Notes: generated from the sequence alone by a model not told the origin. A stretch of DNA of 64,000 bases from Octopus vulgaris (GCA_951406725.2 OX597831.1:37510001-37574000), one strand, 5' to 3'. Positions 14,016 through 27,240 are shown, counted from the stretch's first letter. Translations and numbers: made by a program.

Positions 14016-14901
14016 TACAAACCAGTGCGTTTAACAATCTCAAAATTCTATGTTTTCTCTGTATATATTTTTTGTTTAATTTCTTGCTATATAGTAAATG
14101 TGCTAACTTCTTTCCGGTTGCTTAGAAATTCCATGGTGAACATTTTTTTCAGGAATTTCAATTGAATTAACTTGGAATCAGGATAAAAATTACAGAGCAA
14201 ATGTGTCAGAAAATTATCCTAATTTGTTTCCCTATTTAATTTTTGTGATACTTTTTAGCATTTGATTGTTAGAAATGTACACCTTCCGAACTCACACGCA
14301 TGCTATACACACACGCATACAGATATAGTATGTCCGTCTCTTAGTGGTTCTGTATCTACGATTTTGATAAGGGTTTGCTTGTTATTATTTATGAATGTGT
14401 AAGAATAGGTACCCATGCGTGTGGGCGTATAGTTGTATGTGCATACAAGTAGGTAAGTGTAACTAGATGTGTCTGTTTCTCTGTATTTCAAATCGCCATT
14501 CTAAAGTAACTGAAGCAAAAATTGTTTTTTTTTTAAATGTATACAGAACAAATAAAGATAAAACTAAGATAAACCACAAAATATAGAAACAAACGAAAAG
14601 CTGAATAAATGCGAAGTAATCTCCAGGGAAACGTAACACAGCCATTATATGGCGCGTTAATAGATTTAAAATAGCACATTTAGGTATTTCAACGTCGGTT
14701 TTGTATGAAAACATGATGCCGATTTTTTTTCTTGGGTGGATTCCGAATTATATTGAACGAGGAAGAAATGAATTTAAGAGTGTTAATCATCAAAGCAACA
14801 GAGTAACGTTGGTGTATCTTTATTTGCGTGTGCTTGTTTAAATGTATGTATATATATATGTATATATATATATATATATATACATATACACCCACATACA
14901 T

Positions 14902-14940
<39 letters not shown>

Positions 14941-15558
14941 AATACATAGTTGCATAAATATGAACACATGCATGCATATATGGATATATAAATGTATATA
15001 TTTGACTACACACATATATGCATACATACATACACACACACGTATATATGTTTGTATGTATGTATGTTTGTATGTATGTATGTATGTATGTATGTATGTA
15101 TGTATGTATGTATGTATGTATGTATGTATGTATGTACGTATGTATGTATGCATGTATGTTTGTATGCATGTATATATATATACACACGCATAAATTTTTG
15201 TGTGAATCTTAGAAAGACTTAATCCTGTTAGTAGAAACGTTACAATCATCATTCAGAAAGTAAGCCATCTTCCTGTCTTTACGTACACCAACATCATTAA
15301 ATCTTTCGGCTTATCATCTCTGATTATAAATAACTTGCGTTAAGCCTCCTTCTGGCATTTTGCTAAGACATAAGTTAAATAAAATGTTTGGGATTTGCAG
15401 ATAAAGAATGTAGCGAATGTTTGTATCGAATATAGAACAACTTTATTTACTGTCTCCATAATTATTGATATATATGTGTGTGTGTGAGTGGTACCTGAGT
15501 GATACCTCAACACTTCCACCTGCAGTCATATTTTACTTTTCGGTTTAACAAAATTTCC

Positions 15559-15609
<51 letters not shown>

Positions 15610-15644
15610 TTACATATATATATATATATGTAATATTATATATA

Positions 15645-15722
<78 letters not shown>

Positions 15723-16169
15723 GCACATATATACCTCCATGCACACGAGTGTCAGAGAGTACAATTTAAGAATTTACAACCCCACGGACGTATGGCGGAA
15801 AGATCGGTTAAACTAAAGGGGTTTACACGACAAAACAAAAAAAATAAATAATAGCGTAATAGGTGTAAAACAACTTGCTGTATACGGATAGGAAAAATGC
15901 GCGCTCGTGAAAGGGAGGGGGATCGTTGAGAGGACTCGGAAAATTCACATCGTTAGACCATGGCCTTTAACCTCTAGTGTTTGACACGAGCAAAAGAAAA
16001 TGTTTAATAGTGTGATAGGTGTACAACGTCTTGTGGTAAATGAATATGATAAAATGCGCATTTGCGAACGGGGGTTCGCGGATCGAACTCGAAAAGTTCT
16101 ATATAACTCCACAATTATGATCACATACGCATGTATACAAAGCAAAACACAGGGATAGGGAGAGAGACA

Positions 16170-16197
16170 GAGAGAGAGAGGGAGAGAGAGAGAGAGG

Positions 16198-16285
<88 letters not shown>
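16170..16285. repeat. (GA)n microsatellite
   Basis: Directly visible. Confidence 0.97.
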
Positions 16286-16288
<3 letters not shown>

Positions 16289-16684
16289 AACGTAAACAGC
16301 AGTTTGCAAAGTTTCAGGAAAAAGGAGACCTATAATTTTCAGTCTTGTCACTAAATGTGACTAGACTGTTATAAATACATACACTGCGCGAAATAAGAGA
16401 TAAAGAGCTCTAATTCTGTGGCCACAAAGTTACAAAGGCACATGTATATAGATATACACCAACAGGGACGGTAATTGTTCATCCATCTATCTATCTATTT
16501 ATCTGTCTCTCTATCTATCTATCTATCTTTATATACATATATATATATTTACTTATTTATTTATTTATTTATTTGTTTGTTTGTTTGTTTATTCATTTAT
16601 TTTTATTGTACGGCTATTCATTTCTAAAATCCTTCTATCAATTTTGAGAAGTGAATAAATTTTGACTGTTACCAAATGGTAACA

Positions 16685-16950
16685 GTATTTTCGTCACCTG
16701 GTTTTTATTCACTTTCACTCATGGTTCAAAACCTACGAAAGGAGAAATAGTTTCTACACTTCAAGAAGTAATCCATCCTCATAGATTTTCCACTATTCAG
16801 TTTAACGAGGATTCGTAAATTGCTTCTTCCAAGACAATCTACAGCAATCCACTATGGACCTTGATCCAGCTGGTGGAAAGCTTTCACGGATACCGTCGCT
16901 GGTCATATTCATTTGAAGATCAATATCCAAACCTCGGTGCATGGGTGTGA
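16685..16950 (+). pseudogene. Highly degenerate mariner transposase N-terminal remnant
   Basis: Frameshifted pieces FRHLVF, FNED, FQDNLQQSTMDL, DTVAGHIH and LGAWV resemble the mariner HTH region and WVPHEL motif. Confidence 0.5.
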
Positions 16951-17180
16951 CAAGTTCTAAACGAAAGAAACAAACTCCAGCACAACTCCATCGCCTCCAG
17001 CTTTCTGCTTCGACTCTCCTCGTGATCGCATCTCCCTCGCCGTCCTCCGGGGCAATCCTTTTCCAATTAGTCTGCTGGAGCCATGAGAATTATGAGAGGT
17101 AATGGTTTTCAAAATTAATTGAAATACAGGTAGTGTACTTCGTTTCATGAATTACTATTGCCATAATTCTCCTCTCGCAT

Positions 17181-17514
17181 GAAGGCGCATGGCTCAGTGG
17201 TTATACTGTCGAGCTTACGATCGTGAGGTTGTGAGTTCGAATTCCGGACCGGGCTGTGTGTTGTGTTCTTGGGCAAGGCAATTTATTTCACGTTGCTCCA
17301 TTTCACTCAGCTGTAGAAATGAGTTGCGCCGTCACAGGTGCCAAACTGTAACTGCTGTTGCCTTTCCCTTGGATAACACTGGTGGCGTGGAGAGAGGGGG
17401 CCGGTATGCATGGGTGACTGCTGGTCTTCCGTAAACAACCTTGCCCAGGCTTCTGCCTGGGAGGGTAACTTTCTAGGTGCAATCCCACGGTCAGTCATGA
17501 CCGAAGGGGGTCTC
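17181..17514 (+). mobile_element. Full-length tRNA-derived SINE family C
   Basis: A-box tggctcagtgg, B-box gagttcgaatt, CORE-like cttgggcaag; homologous copies at 37582-37916 (-) and 50778-50947 (+). Confidence 0.9.
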
Positions 17515-17851
17515 AATTCTCCTCCCACACTTTTACTTCTACAATTTCTTTGGCTCATGGCCACGGGCGATTAAAGAATCGATTATTATTGACAACCTGG
17601 CCAGCTGCAAAGATATCAACAAAAATTTTTCTTCTTTCTCTCCATTTTCTTACTTTCCTTCTTTTTCTTTAACACAGCTTTCAGATACAAAAACAGACAC
17701 ACACACATAAACACATACACGCACACGCACGCATACATACACACTTTCTCCCCATTCATCACCCTCTTGTACTGTCTTATATCTCTACCCGCCACTACAA
17801 ACTCAATGATACTATAAAAAGAGTCAAAACTCCTACAATACTTAGTTCAAT

Positions 17852-17890
17852 TTGAAGACTCCACTAGAGTGGACGAAAGCGCTATATGAT
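17852..17890 (+). ncRNA. Degenerate hammerhead-like motif
   Basis: TTGAAGA-C-TCCACT-AG-AGTGGA-C-GAAA-GCGC-TA: perfect helix II core and palindromic helix III (AGCGCT), but C3 is changed and helix I is weak. Confidence 0.45.
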
Positions 17891-17977
17891 GTATGATATA
17901 TGATCTATAAAAACATATAACATACTAATAAATATCTGTAAATATAAAAGCATCCAGATTTCTGAGTACCTCATTTC

Positions 17978-18038
<61 letters not shown>

Positions 18039-18040
<2 letters not shown>

Positions 18041-18131
18041 ATTTCTCTCACCCTTTCTTCTGTTGGCCTACTCGTTTAGCCAGCGGGGTGGCCTCATGCG
18101 AAGTGCATTGTGACCAGCGATGTGAACAGGG

Positions 18132-18135
<4 letters not shown>
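18039..18135 (+). repeat. Inverted duplicate of the 3' end of the adjacent SINE
   Basis: Reverse complement of ~18228-18326 at high identity. Confidence 0.9.
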
Positions 18136-18179
<44 letters not shown>

Positions 18180-18227
18180 ATACATCACCGTGTTCACATG
18201 ACTGGTATATATATATATATGTATATA

Positions 18228-18490
18228 TATCACCGTGTTCACATCGCTGGTCACAATGCGCTTCGCATGAGGCCACCCCGCTGGCTAAGCGAGCAGGCCA
18301 ACAGAAGAAAGGGTGAGAGAAATTTGTGGCGAGAGAATACAGCACGGATCACCACCAACCCCTGCCGGACCCTGGTGGAACTTTAGGTATTTTCGCTCAA
18401 TAAACACTCACAACTCCCGGTCTGGGAATCAAAATCGCGATCCTACGACTGCAAGTTCGCTTCCCTAACCACTGGGTCATTGCGCCTCCA
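18228..18490 (-). mobile_element. tRNA-derived SINE family D
   Basis: Minus-strand head tggaggcgcaatgacccagtggttagggaagcg...tgattcccagaccggg; related copy at 31730-31930. Confidence 0.85.
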
Positions 18491-18547
18491 TATATATATA
18501 AATATAAATATGTATATGTATAAATATATATATATATTTTTTTTTTC

Positions 18548-19100
18548 TAGTTCCAGCTCAGACCTGCGGCCATGATGATGCACCACCGTTTTGTGCTACA
18601 CTGTTATTACGACGAACCTCGTCTAATATGTGGCACTTGGTGAAGAATGGAGTTTGATACAGCTACTCTCATTTGCACCTCTTGCCGTGAGGTAGGTTCA
18701 TCTGGGACTCTTGACAGGAAGATGTCCAGCTTTGATTTAAAAACCGCTACATCTACTTTGTGCAAGTTCCTCAGACTCTTTGGGAGAATATTAAAAAGCT
18801 GTGGGCCCTTGAAACCCAGGCTGTTGCAGAAGCTGGTCCTGAAGCATGATGGCATTGCTGGGATCTTTGGCACTATGCAGTGTCGTCCCGTTCTAGCATT
18901 GGTGTAGCTTACAATGCCAAAATTTGGCACAATTCCTTCCAGGATCTTCCAGACATATATCACTGCATACCTCTCCCGTCTTCTCTCCAGGGAGTAGAGT
19001 CTTAGCTGTATCAACCTTTCCCAGTAGCTGAGCTGTTGCAAAGAAACGATCTTCTTTGTGAATCTTCTCGGGATTGCTTCAAGGTCCGCTGTTAATTTCT
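18548..19100 (-). mobile_element. 5'-truncated CR1/L2-group LINE (ORF2 C-terminus and 3' UTR)
   Basis: LEAIPRRFTKKI..LSYWERL..L.LYSLERRRER...GPQLFNILP...FKSKLDIFL..VPDEP is the typical CR1/L2 ORF2 C-terminus. Confidence 0.9.
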
Positions 19101-19393
19101 TTTTTGTTACACATCTAAGGTCCGCTGTTAATTTCTTTTTTTGTTACACATCTATCTATCTATATACATATAGATATATATATACATATATATATATATG
19201 TATATAGATAGATAGATGGATAGTTTCTCATCATCAAACCGTGTGCCAAGGATCAGCTGATGATCTGTGTAATATGAAATTCGATTAAAGCGATGGAGAT
19301 ATACCTATAGTTATATATTAATTTATATATATATGCATGTGTGAGTGCGTGTGTACTGATATATTTATATACAGTCATACACACATTGTTAGT

Positions 19394-19469
<76 letters not shown>

Positions 19470-19979
19470 CAGAGATAGAGAGAGAGAGAGTGAGATAGGG
19501 GGTAGAGAGAAATAGTATTGTTTGCAAGCGAGATCACAAACATGATATCGCCTACAAAACACCATGCTCGGTACGTCGCCAGAGCAAAGAAATAATCTAT
19601 GAGTTATAGTTAATGTTAGATATCCCGCAACTTAAATTTTCATATCCTTCGGGTATCGTCATCAAAGGATGATAAACGTATCAGGATTACTGACCTTTCA
19701 GACATGAGACCTGCTTGGCGATATTGGTTTGTTTACAGTTCAAAATATCATACGAAATCGTTATATCAGAATTAGACTGGAGTGTGAGGTCAACGATTTT
19801 CTTATGATGAGTATCCTCAAGGTAGACGAATGTTATGGGGTTTTACGTAATGGAATACTGAAAGAAGAATTATAGCTGCATATAGAAAACTCATTAGGTA
19901 CACATATTTGAGCACAACACGCAGACACGAATGCGTTCACACCACACAGATTTGTGAATCTCTATGAGTGTGTATATAT

Positions 19980-20075
<96 letters not shown>

Positions 20076-20083
20076 ATATATAC

Positions 20084-20116
<33 letters not shown>

Positions 20117-20276
20117 CATATATGTATACATATATATACATATATACATATATATATATATACATATATGTATACATATATATACATATATATATATACA
20201 TATATATATATATAAATATAAGATTTCTCTTGAATGAAACAGTTCTAGTCCTGTAGAAGCTCCTTCTATATAATAA

Positions 20277-20347
<71 letters not shown>

Positions 20348-20464
20348 TAAATTAGAGACAAAACCACTATTAGGCAAATCAAACAATGAAAGACTTAAGC
20401 CAATACATATGATTAATTTATATTATTTAAATATGTAACAATTATTAAAAAATATAATTAATAT

Positions 20465-20527
20465 CCACTACGATCGTTTCCTGCCTGCTGTCATCAAATT
20501 TTTGAGTCGCAGTCATTCATCAGGTGG
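20465..20527 (-). ncRNA. Type I hammerhead ribozyme motif with canonical core
   Basis: Minus strand CCAC-CTGATGA-ATGACTGC...GCAGGCAG-GAAA-CGATCG-TA-GTGG: helix I CCAC/GTGG, palindromic helix III ACGATCGT, GUA site. Confidence 0.8.
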
Positions 20528-21380
20528 TTTCAAAATTTTTCTTGGCAAGTTTTATATATATATATACATAAATATATAGCCGTGAGTGTATAGATAAAAA
20601 TAAATGAGGGTTATCCGTACATACATATATTATAGAAGTGTTTATGTGTATATTCATAGGAATGTGTATGTGTGTATATATATGTATGCGTGTATGTGCG
20701 CGTGCCTGTATACCTGTGTGTCCTTGTTTGAAACAGCTCTGATTCTATAGTGTACAACCAAATGAATGAAGCGTATTAGTTAATTCTTAATACATATTCA
20801 TCCAAAATATGCCGAACGAAACTCAGTATATGTAGTGAAGCATCTTAATACGAAACACTTGACGAGGCACAGTCTGCAATGATTGATGCAGCACAACCAG
20901 CTCTATATTATCCCAAGAGTTTTGAGACAAATGCAGCTTGGGAGGAAAGATCATTGTGTTGAATATGCATACTTGCTAAATACATCCTGCCTTCCGCTCA
21001 TGCATTATGAATATATATACATGTGTGTGTATTTCTTTTATTCTTTTCCTTGTTCCAGTCATTTGACTGCGGCCGTGCTGGAGCACCGCCTTTTAGTGGA
21101 ACAAATCGACCCCATATAGAAACTTTCTTAGACTTGCACATCTAACGACAGACAACACATGCTCGCGGGGCATATATACGGTAGACAGACTTGATATTTG
21201 TGCACCAATTTCCTCCAATTATGCTACTAGTTCTACTTCCCCACTGCTTTTCGTGGTTGTTGTTGCTGCTGTTTTAATGTTGTACTTCTTCACCTTTTTA
21301 CACTTCCTCATTTTCTTGCAGGTATAATATTTTCATTGCTCTCTTTCGTCTTCATTGTTTTTGTTATTTTTTTCTTCTGT

Positions 21381-21610
21381 CTCTTCGTTTTCTCCATTAT
21401 CTCTTTGCTGTCCTGATTTACTGTTGTCCTCATCCTCCTCCTACCCCTCCTTCCTCTTCTTTTTCCACTTCTTTCCCTTCTTGTTCTTGTTCTTGCTCTT
21501 CGTTTTCTCCATTATCTCTTTGCTGTCCTGATTTACTGTTGTCCTCATCCTCCTCCTACCCCTCCTTCCTCTTCTTTTTCCACTTCTTTCCCTTCTTGTT
21601 CTTGTTCTTG
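21381..21610. repeat. Apparently exact 115-bp tandem duplication within a pyrimidine-rich tract (tract extends to ~21965)
   Basis: 21381-21495 equals 21496-21610 by eye. Confidence 0.9.
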
Positions 21611-22499
21611 CTCTTGTTCTTCTTTTTCTTATTATTCTTTGTCTTCTTCTTGTTCTTCTTGTTCTTTTTCCTCTTCGTTTTCTTCTTCTTCTTCACCTTC
21701 TTTGTCTTCTTCTTCCTCTTCTTCTTTTTCTCCGTCTTTTTCTTTTTCTTTTCTTCTCCTTCTTCTTCTTCATCATCTTCATCATATTCTTATTTTATTT
21801 TCTTCTTTACTTCTTAATTTTCATCTTCGTATTACTATTCTTATTCTTATTGTTCTTTTTCTTCTTTTTTCTAACTCTTCTGTGTCTTCTATTTTTCCTA
21901 TGCTGTATCTTCTTCTATTTCTTTCTCTTCTTCTTTTTCTTCTTCGTTGTTTTCTTCTTCTCCACAACAAAATCCTCCCCCTACTCCAGTTCCACTTCCT
22001 CTTCCGCTTCGTCATCCTTATAACTAAATACACGCATCCGTACATTTCTCTATAAGCACCCTCATCAACTTTTTTTCTCTTTCATTTTCAGGTATAAATG
22101 AATTTCTCCAGTGGCGAAACGAATAGAAATAATTTTCTGTTCTACAGAATTTACTGAATCATTTCGGATTAAAAGTAATATATTAAAAGTAATATATCAA
22201 CAAGTCTCAAATTGGTCAGGTGCTTATTTTGATCGGGTGGTTCGTATTACTTTTGTTTAGACACAAGACAGCTCTGAGCAGGCAGGTTTATTACAAATGC
22301 TATTATGAGTAAATGTTCTGTCAATCAAAATAGGTTTTATCTTTTACATGTTTCAGCCATTAGACAGGAAATATATTTTGTAACGATTAGTACCGGTTTC
22401 ATTTGAAATAACTAACACCAATTCTAGCCGTTAGAAAATGTACTTCGTAATAAAATTTATTTTAGCAACTTCTGCCTTATCTCATTTTCCTTATATGTA

Positions 22500-22546
<47 letters not shown>

Positions 22547-22805
22547 AGATTATTCATATATCTAGACCTCCATATATGCAATGACGATATTGGTGTAAAT
22601 AGGAGCAACTTTTGTTACCATCACTGCCCTAGATATTTGTTTGAAAATGTTGACATCGATGACAAATATCTTGTTTTCGAGGATAAACATTATTCCTTCA
22701 GCGATGATTGTCGTTTAAATTCTGTCTATAATTGCAAGCCAGAAATTTTATGCCTGTAGTCCATATTGCTGTGGGATTATGGTATGGAGGTATATCACAT
22801 AAAAA

Positions 22806-23165
22806 GATACAATACTAGTATCATTGTTTATTGATGGGGTAAAAGTCTATATCACGATGCTTCACGAACAGAGGAAGTAAATTTATGGCTTCAGAAATAC
22901 CCTAATGATATCTTAGACAGAGTTGAAACGCATTTTTAAAGTTTAGCCTCGAAAACCACTTTTTTGACTTCCATGGTAATATTTACAAATATCTAGGACT
23001 GCGATGGTGACAAAAGTTTGTCCAACTTACGCCAAGCTAGTTATGGCATACATGGAGGTCCAGATATATGAACCATCTAAATTAATAAATGGGTTGAACT
23101 TTCACAAATATCAAATAGAAAACTTGAAACGTTACTTAGACGACTGCCTAATCCTATGGATGCAC
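22806..23165 (+). pseudogene. Penelope-like element reverse transcriptase remnant
   Basis: Frameshifted ILVS..D..KSLY, LWLQKYP, (G)TAMVTKVCPTYAKLVMAYME and LKRYLDDCLILW match PLE RT motifs (GTAMG..APxYANL.M; RYxDD). Confidence 0.85.
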
Positions 23166-23703
23166 ACAACTTTCTTTCGGTATGTATAAATATTTCATTT
23201 ATTTCATTCAGTACACCTTTCTTACGAGGAAAATATACTAGGCTAATCTGAAAATTGATCAACCTAGGGATAACTGTATTTTTATAAATTTCCATTGGCT
23301 TACTCGATTTCAGCACGTGTGTAGTATTGGTGATGATTTAATGTGGTTAGCATCTCTTTTCAGCATGTAGGCAATATTTTTTGATACATATATGCATATA
23401 TATATGTATGCATGCATGCATGTATGTATATGTGCATACAGAAATCCCTTAGCCGCAAGGAAGCACAGTTATCTCCCCTGTCAGTAATCTTTTATTTCTA
23501 GCATTGTAGTTTTTATCCTACACCTTCAGTCATATTTAGTCTTAATTAAATTTTTCCTATTTTGGTTTCTTACCACGTCTAGCCACCTTCATTACTTTGT
23601 AATTTACACATTACCATTCTGCTGAATCAGCCATAAATTCCTATGGTAAATACTTTATACTGACACTAAAGAATTAGCCAAAGCACACAGCGATTGGGTA
23701 GTC

Positions 23704-23743
23704 ACTACTGATGAGCTTTAATTTGCAGCGAAAATAGACAAGT
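23704..23743 (+). ncRNA. Degenerate hammerhead-like motif downstream of the PLE RT remnant
   Basis: CTGATGA-GCT-ttaatttgc-AGC-GAAA is intact; helices I and III are decayed. Same strand as the RT remnant. Confidence 0.45.
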
Positions 23744-24579
23744 ATCGTGATCTCTCTCGTTGTGGGGAGGTGATCTTCCCTCTTAGTGTATGGAGCTGTA
23801 CCCTTTCAGGGCTAAGGTGGTTTTAAACTCTTATTTCTAGCAACACTCTATTGTCAATCACATTTAGTGTCAATTGAATTTTTCCATTTTTTGTTTTAAA
23901 TAGCGTATAGGAGGCTTCATTATTTTATGCATATTTATATGTATTATAGATTGGAAGGTAGATAAATAGATAGATAGATTGCTAGATAATTTAGATAGAT
24001 AGATGTTTACGTATGTGTGAGAATCTTTATTTGTTTTACAATGAATAATACAGATATTAGTTTTGAATTACACCCCAGGCACAGACTGACGGTTATTTTA
24101 ACTTATAACTAATAACCTTAAAATTGAATATAACACATTTAGTGCATCATTAATCAGCTAAAATACACTTCCGCTCAATATATCTACTAAAAAGATTATA
24201 AACACACACACGTAGGTACGTGAATATATACATGAACAAAACAAATGTATGCATGCTAATATACATAGCTGCACGTGTACATACTTACATACACACGTGA
24301 ATGTGTATAATTATATTTTGCTACAAGCATACATACATGAATAAAAGAGTGACTTGTTGTATGAGATGTGCAAGGCGAAAATTGAAATCCTTTTCAAATA
24401 CAACAGGAAATTATCATTTTAATAAACGTATAGCTTTCAACAATCAATAAATAGTTTCTTGTTTTGTGCAAGTTGATCACCAATATTGCACCAGCGCAAC
24501 TAATACATGCAAACACCTAACACACAGAGGCTCACACAAACTTGTAAATATGTATATAATTACATGCATATACACATAT

Positions 24580-24631
<52 letters not shown>

Positions 24632-24774
24632 TGTCACTCATTCTTTCTTCTCCGTTCATTCTTGATTCTTGATTCTCTTTTTCTAAAACAACACACGTAT
24701 AGATGTATAAACCATCAAGATTCTAGATTTGTATAAAATAAAAAGAAAGGAAAGACAAAACATTTTACATTTTA

Positions 24775-25245
24775 TATTTTATGAACGTCGTCACTTACTC
24801 TCTCCCTCCCTCTCTCACTTTGTCTTTCCCGTGAAACTCTCTGCTTCTCTTACACTTTTCTTTAACTTGTTTTTTTTGTTAGACGCCGTCAGAAAACTGT
24901 AGCTGTAAATAGATTTTTATGAACGTCGTCACTTACTGTCTCTCCCTCTCTCACTTTGTCTTTCCCGTGAAACTCTCTGCCTTTCTTATTCCACTTTTCT
25001 TTATCTTGTTTTTTTTTGTTAGACGCCGTCAAAAAGCTATCGCTGAAAATAGATTTTTTCCGCTAAAAGTTATAGCTGAAAATAGATTTTTATCGCTATC
25101 CGCGGGTGCCTCTGGAAAAAAATAAGTTGACAAAACCGACAAAGGATGTCCTAAATTTTGAGCGACATGCGTGCTAATTTGTGGATGTGCATAAACTACA
25201 ATCACGTTCACACACACACATCTTGCCGTATATATATACAGATAT
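24775..25245 (-). mobile_element. Probable non-autonomous Helitron fragment with ~138-bp internal tandem duplication
   Basis: 24781-24918 is repeated at 24919-25058; the right end reads on minus A|TCTGTATATATATACGGCAAGATGTGTGTG, like a Helitron 5' end. No clear 3' CTAG. Confidence 0.45.
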
Positions 25246-25261
25246 ATATAAATATATATGT

Positions 25262-25395
25262 ATTCCCAACCACATGGTTCTGGGTTCAGTACTATTGCGT
25301 GACAACTTAGGCAAGTGTCTTCTGCTATCGACTCGGGCCGAGCAAAGACTTGTGAGTATATCGGGTTGACATAAACCGTAAGAAGCCCGCCTTAT
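25262..25395 (+). mobile_element. SINE family A, 5' fragment
   Basis: cccaaccacatggttctgggttcagt...ggcaagtgtcttctgctat...agaagccc. Confidence 0.8.
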
Positions 25396-25849
25396 ATATG
25401 TATATATACAATTATAGTATATTCTGTTAAGAACATAGTAGAATACAGTATAAAGCTCGCTGGACCACTTTCACATTTAAACTGTGCTTTCCAGTAGTAG
25501 TATTATATATATATTTCCAAGTTTGCGTTTGGGCATCTGTCCTGTGTGAATAGATAATTGAAAAAATTGAAATCAAAAAGAAGGGTACGGTTGGACATTT
25601 ATTTTTTAATCACTGCAATTGTTTGCACGCAACGTAGTTCTCCAGATGTGCAGGTACTTGATTAAGAAACTATTTCCCTGCATTATGAGATCTAGTTGTG
25701 TTTCCTCAGGTGATATGTAAATATTGTTTCTGTAAGTATAAAATCCTAGGTTTCAAGAACATTCTATCTCTCTGCCGTGCCCTTAATTTAGTAGTAGTCA
25801 CAAAGGCTATCAGGGTATGTTGTTGGTGAAGGGTCGTTGGCAAACTGCT

Positions 25850-27240
25850 TTGAAAAATTTTGGGCGAAAATTTTCAAAAAAATATTTTTTAAATTTTGGG
25901 GAAAATTTTCAAAATATTTTTCAAAAAGTTTTGAGGGAAATTTTCAAATAATTTCTGGAAACATTTTTCAAAATTTTGGGGATAACTCTCCCAAAATTTT
26001 TTTTTAATTTTTGAGGAAAATTTCTTCAAAATTTTTGGGGAAAATTTTGAAGAAATTTTTCAAAAAGTTTTGTGGACAATTTTCAAAAAATTTTTGGAAA
26101 AATTTTTACAAAATTTTGGGGAAGATTTTCTAAACATTTTTGTAAAATTTTTGGGGAAAATTTGGGGAGAAAATTTTTAAATGATTTTTCTATATTCTGG
26201 GGGAAAATTTTCAAAGAATTTTTCAAAAAGCTTTGGAGAAGATTTTCTAAAAATTTTCAAAAATTTTTGGGGAAAATTTTCAAAAAATTTTTCTATAATT
26301 TGGAGGAAAATTTTCAAAAAATTTTTCAAAAATTTTTGAGGAAAATTTTCAAAAAATTTTTGGAGAAAATTTTCAAAAAATTTTTGAAAAAGTTTTAGGG
26401 AAAATTTTGAAAAAACTTTTGAAAAAATTTTGGGGAAAATTTTTTTTAAAATTTTTCAAAAATTTTTGGGGACAATTTTAAAATAATTTGTCTATAATTA
26501 GAAAATTTTCAAAAAATCTTTGAAAAATTTCAGGCAAACTCTTCCTGTTATTCCGAAAGGCACTAGAGCAGATGACAATGTCCAAGCATGACAAAATCCT
26601 ATACCCTAAGTCTCACCACTAACATGAGAGCTCAGCTACACGGCGATAAAATGTCCACAAAGTTTGCACAGGACATTTTGACACTTGGTAAAGACGATGC
26701 CTCTCGATTCTGCAGTATGCTCAATTTTTGAAAAGTTTTTTAAAATTTTCCCCAAAAATTTTAGAAAAATTTTCTTGAAAATTTTCCACAAAAATTTTTT
26801 GAAAAGTTCCCCCTAAGATTTTTCAAAATTGTTTTAAAATTTTTTAACAAAATTTTAAAAAAATTTTTTGAAAATTTTTTCGAAAAATTTTACAAAAATT
26901 TTTGGAAAATTATCCCCCAAATTTTTGAAAATTTTTTGAAAAAAAACTTTTCCAAAAATTTTTTTAAAGCTTTCCCCCAAAATTTTTCAAAAGTGTTTGA
27001 AAATTTTCCCCAAAATTTTTCGAAAATTTTTATGAAAACTTTTCCAAAAAATTTTCCAAAAATTTTTTGAAAATTAGCCCCAAAAATTTGTGAAAACTTT
27101 TTTAAAATTTTCGCCAAAAACTTTCAAAAAGTTATTTGAAAATTTTCCCCCAAAATTTTTTGAAAATTATTTGAAAATTTTCCCAAAATTTTTTCGAAAT
27201 TTGAGCATTTTCCCCAAAACCTTTTGAAAACTTTTTGAAA
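25850..27240. repeat. Two oppositely oriented A/T-tract satellite arms around a ~190-bp unique core
   Basis: Left arm (~25850-26530) is built of TTTTGGGGAAAATTTTCAAAAA variants; right arm (~26720-27240) of the complement TTTTTGAAAATTTTCCCCAAAA. Confidence 0.9.

Noticed and set aside
17181-17260. tRNA gene candidates here and at 31860-31930 and 37995-38065
   Set aside because: They continue into SINE bodies and lack a proper acceptor stem; these are SINE heads.
26072-27117. K/F-rich amphipathic-looking ORFs (KIFKKFL repeats)
   Set aside because: By-product of the A/T-tract satellite; similar peptides appear on both strands.
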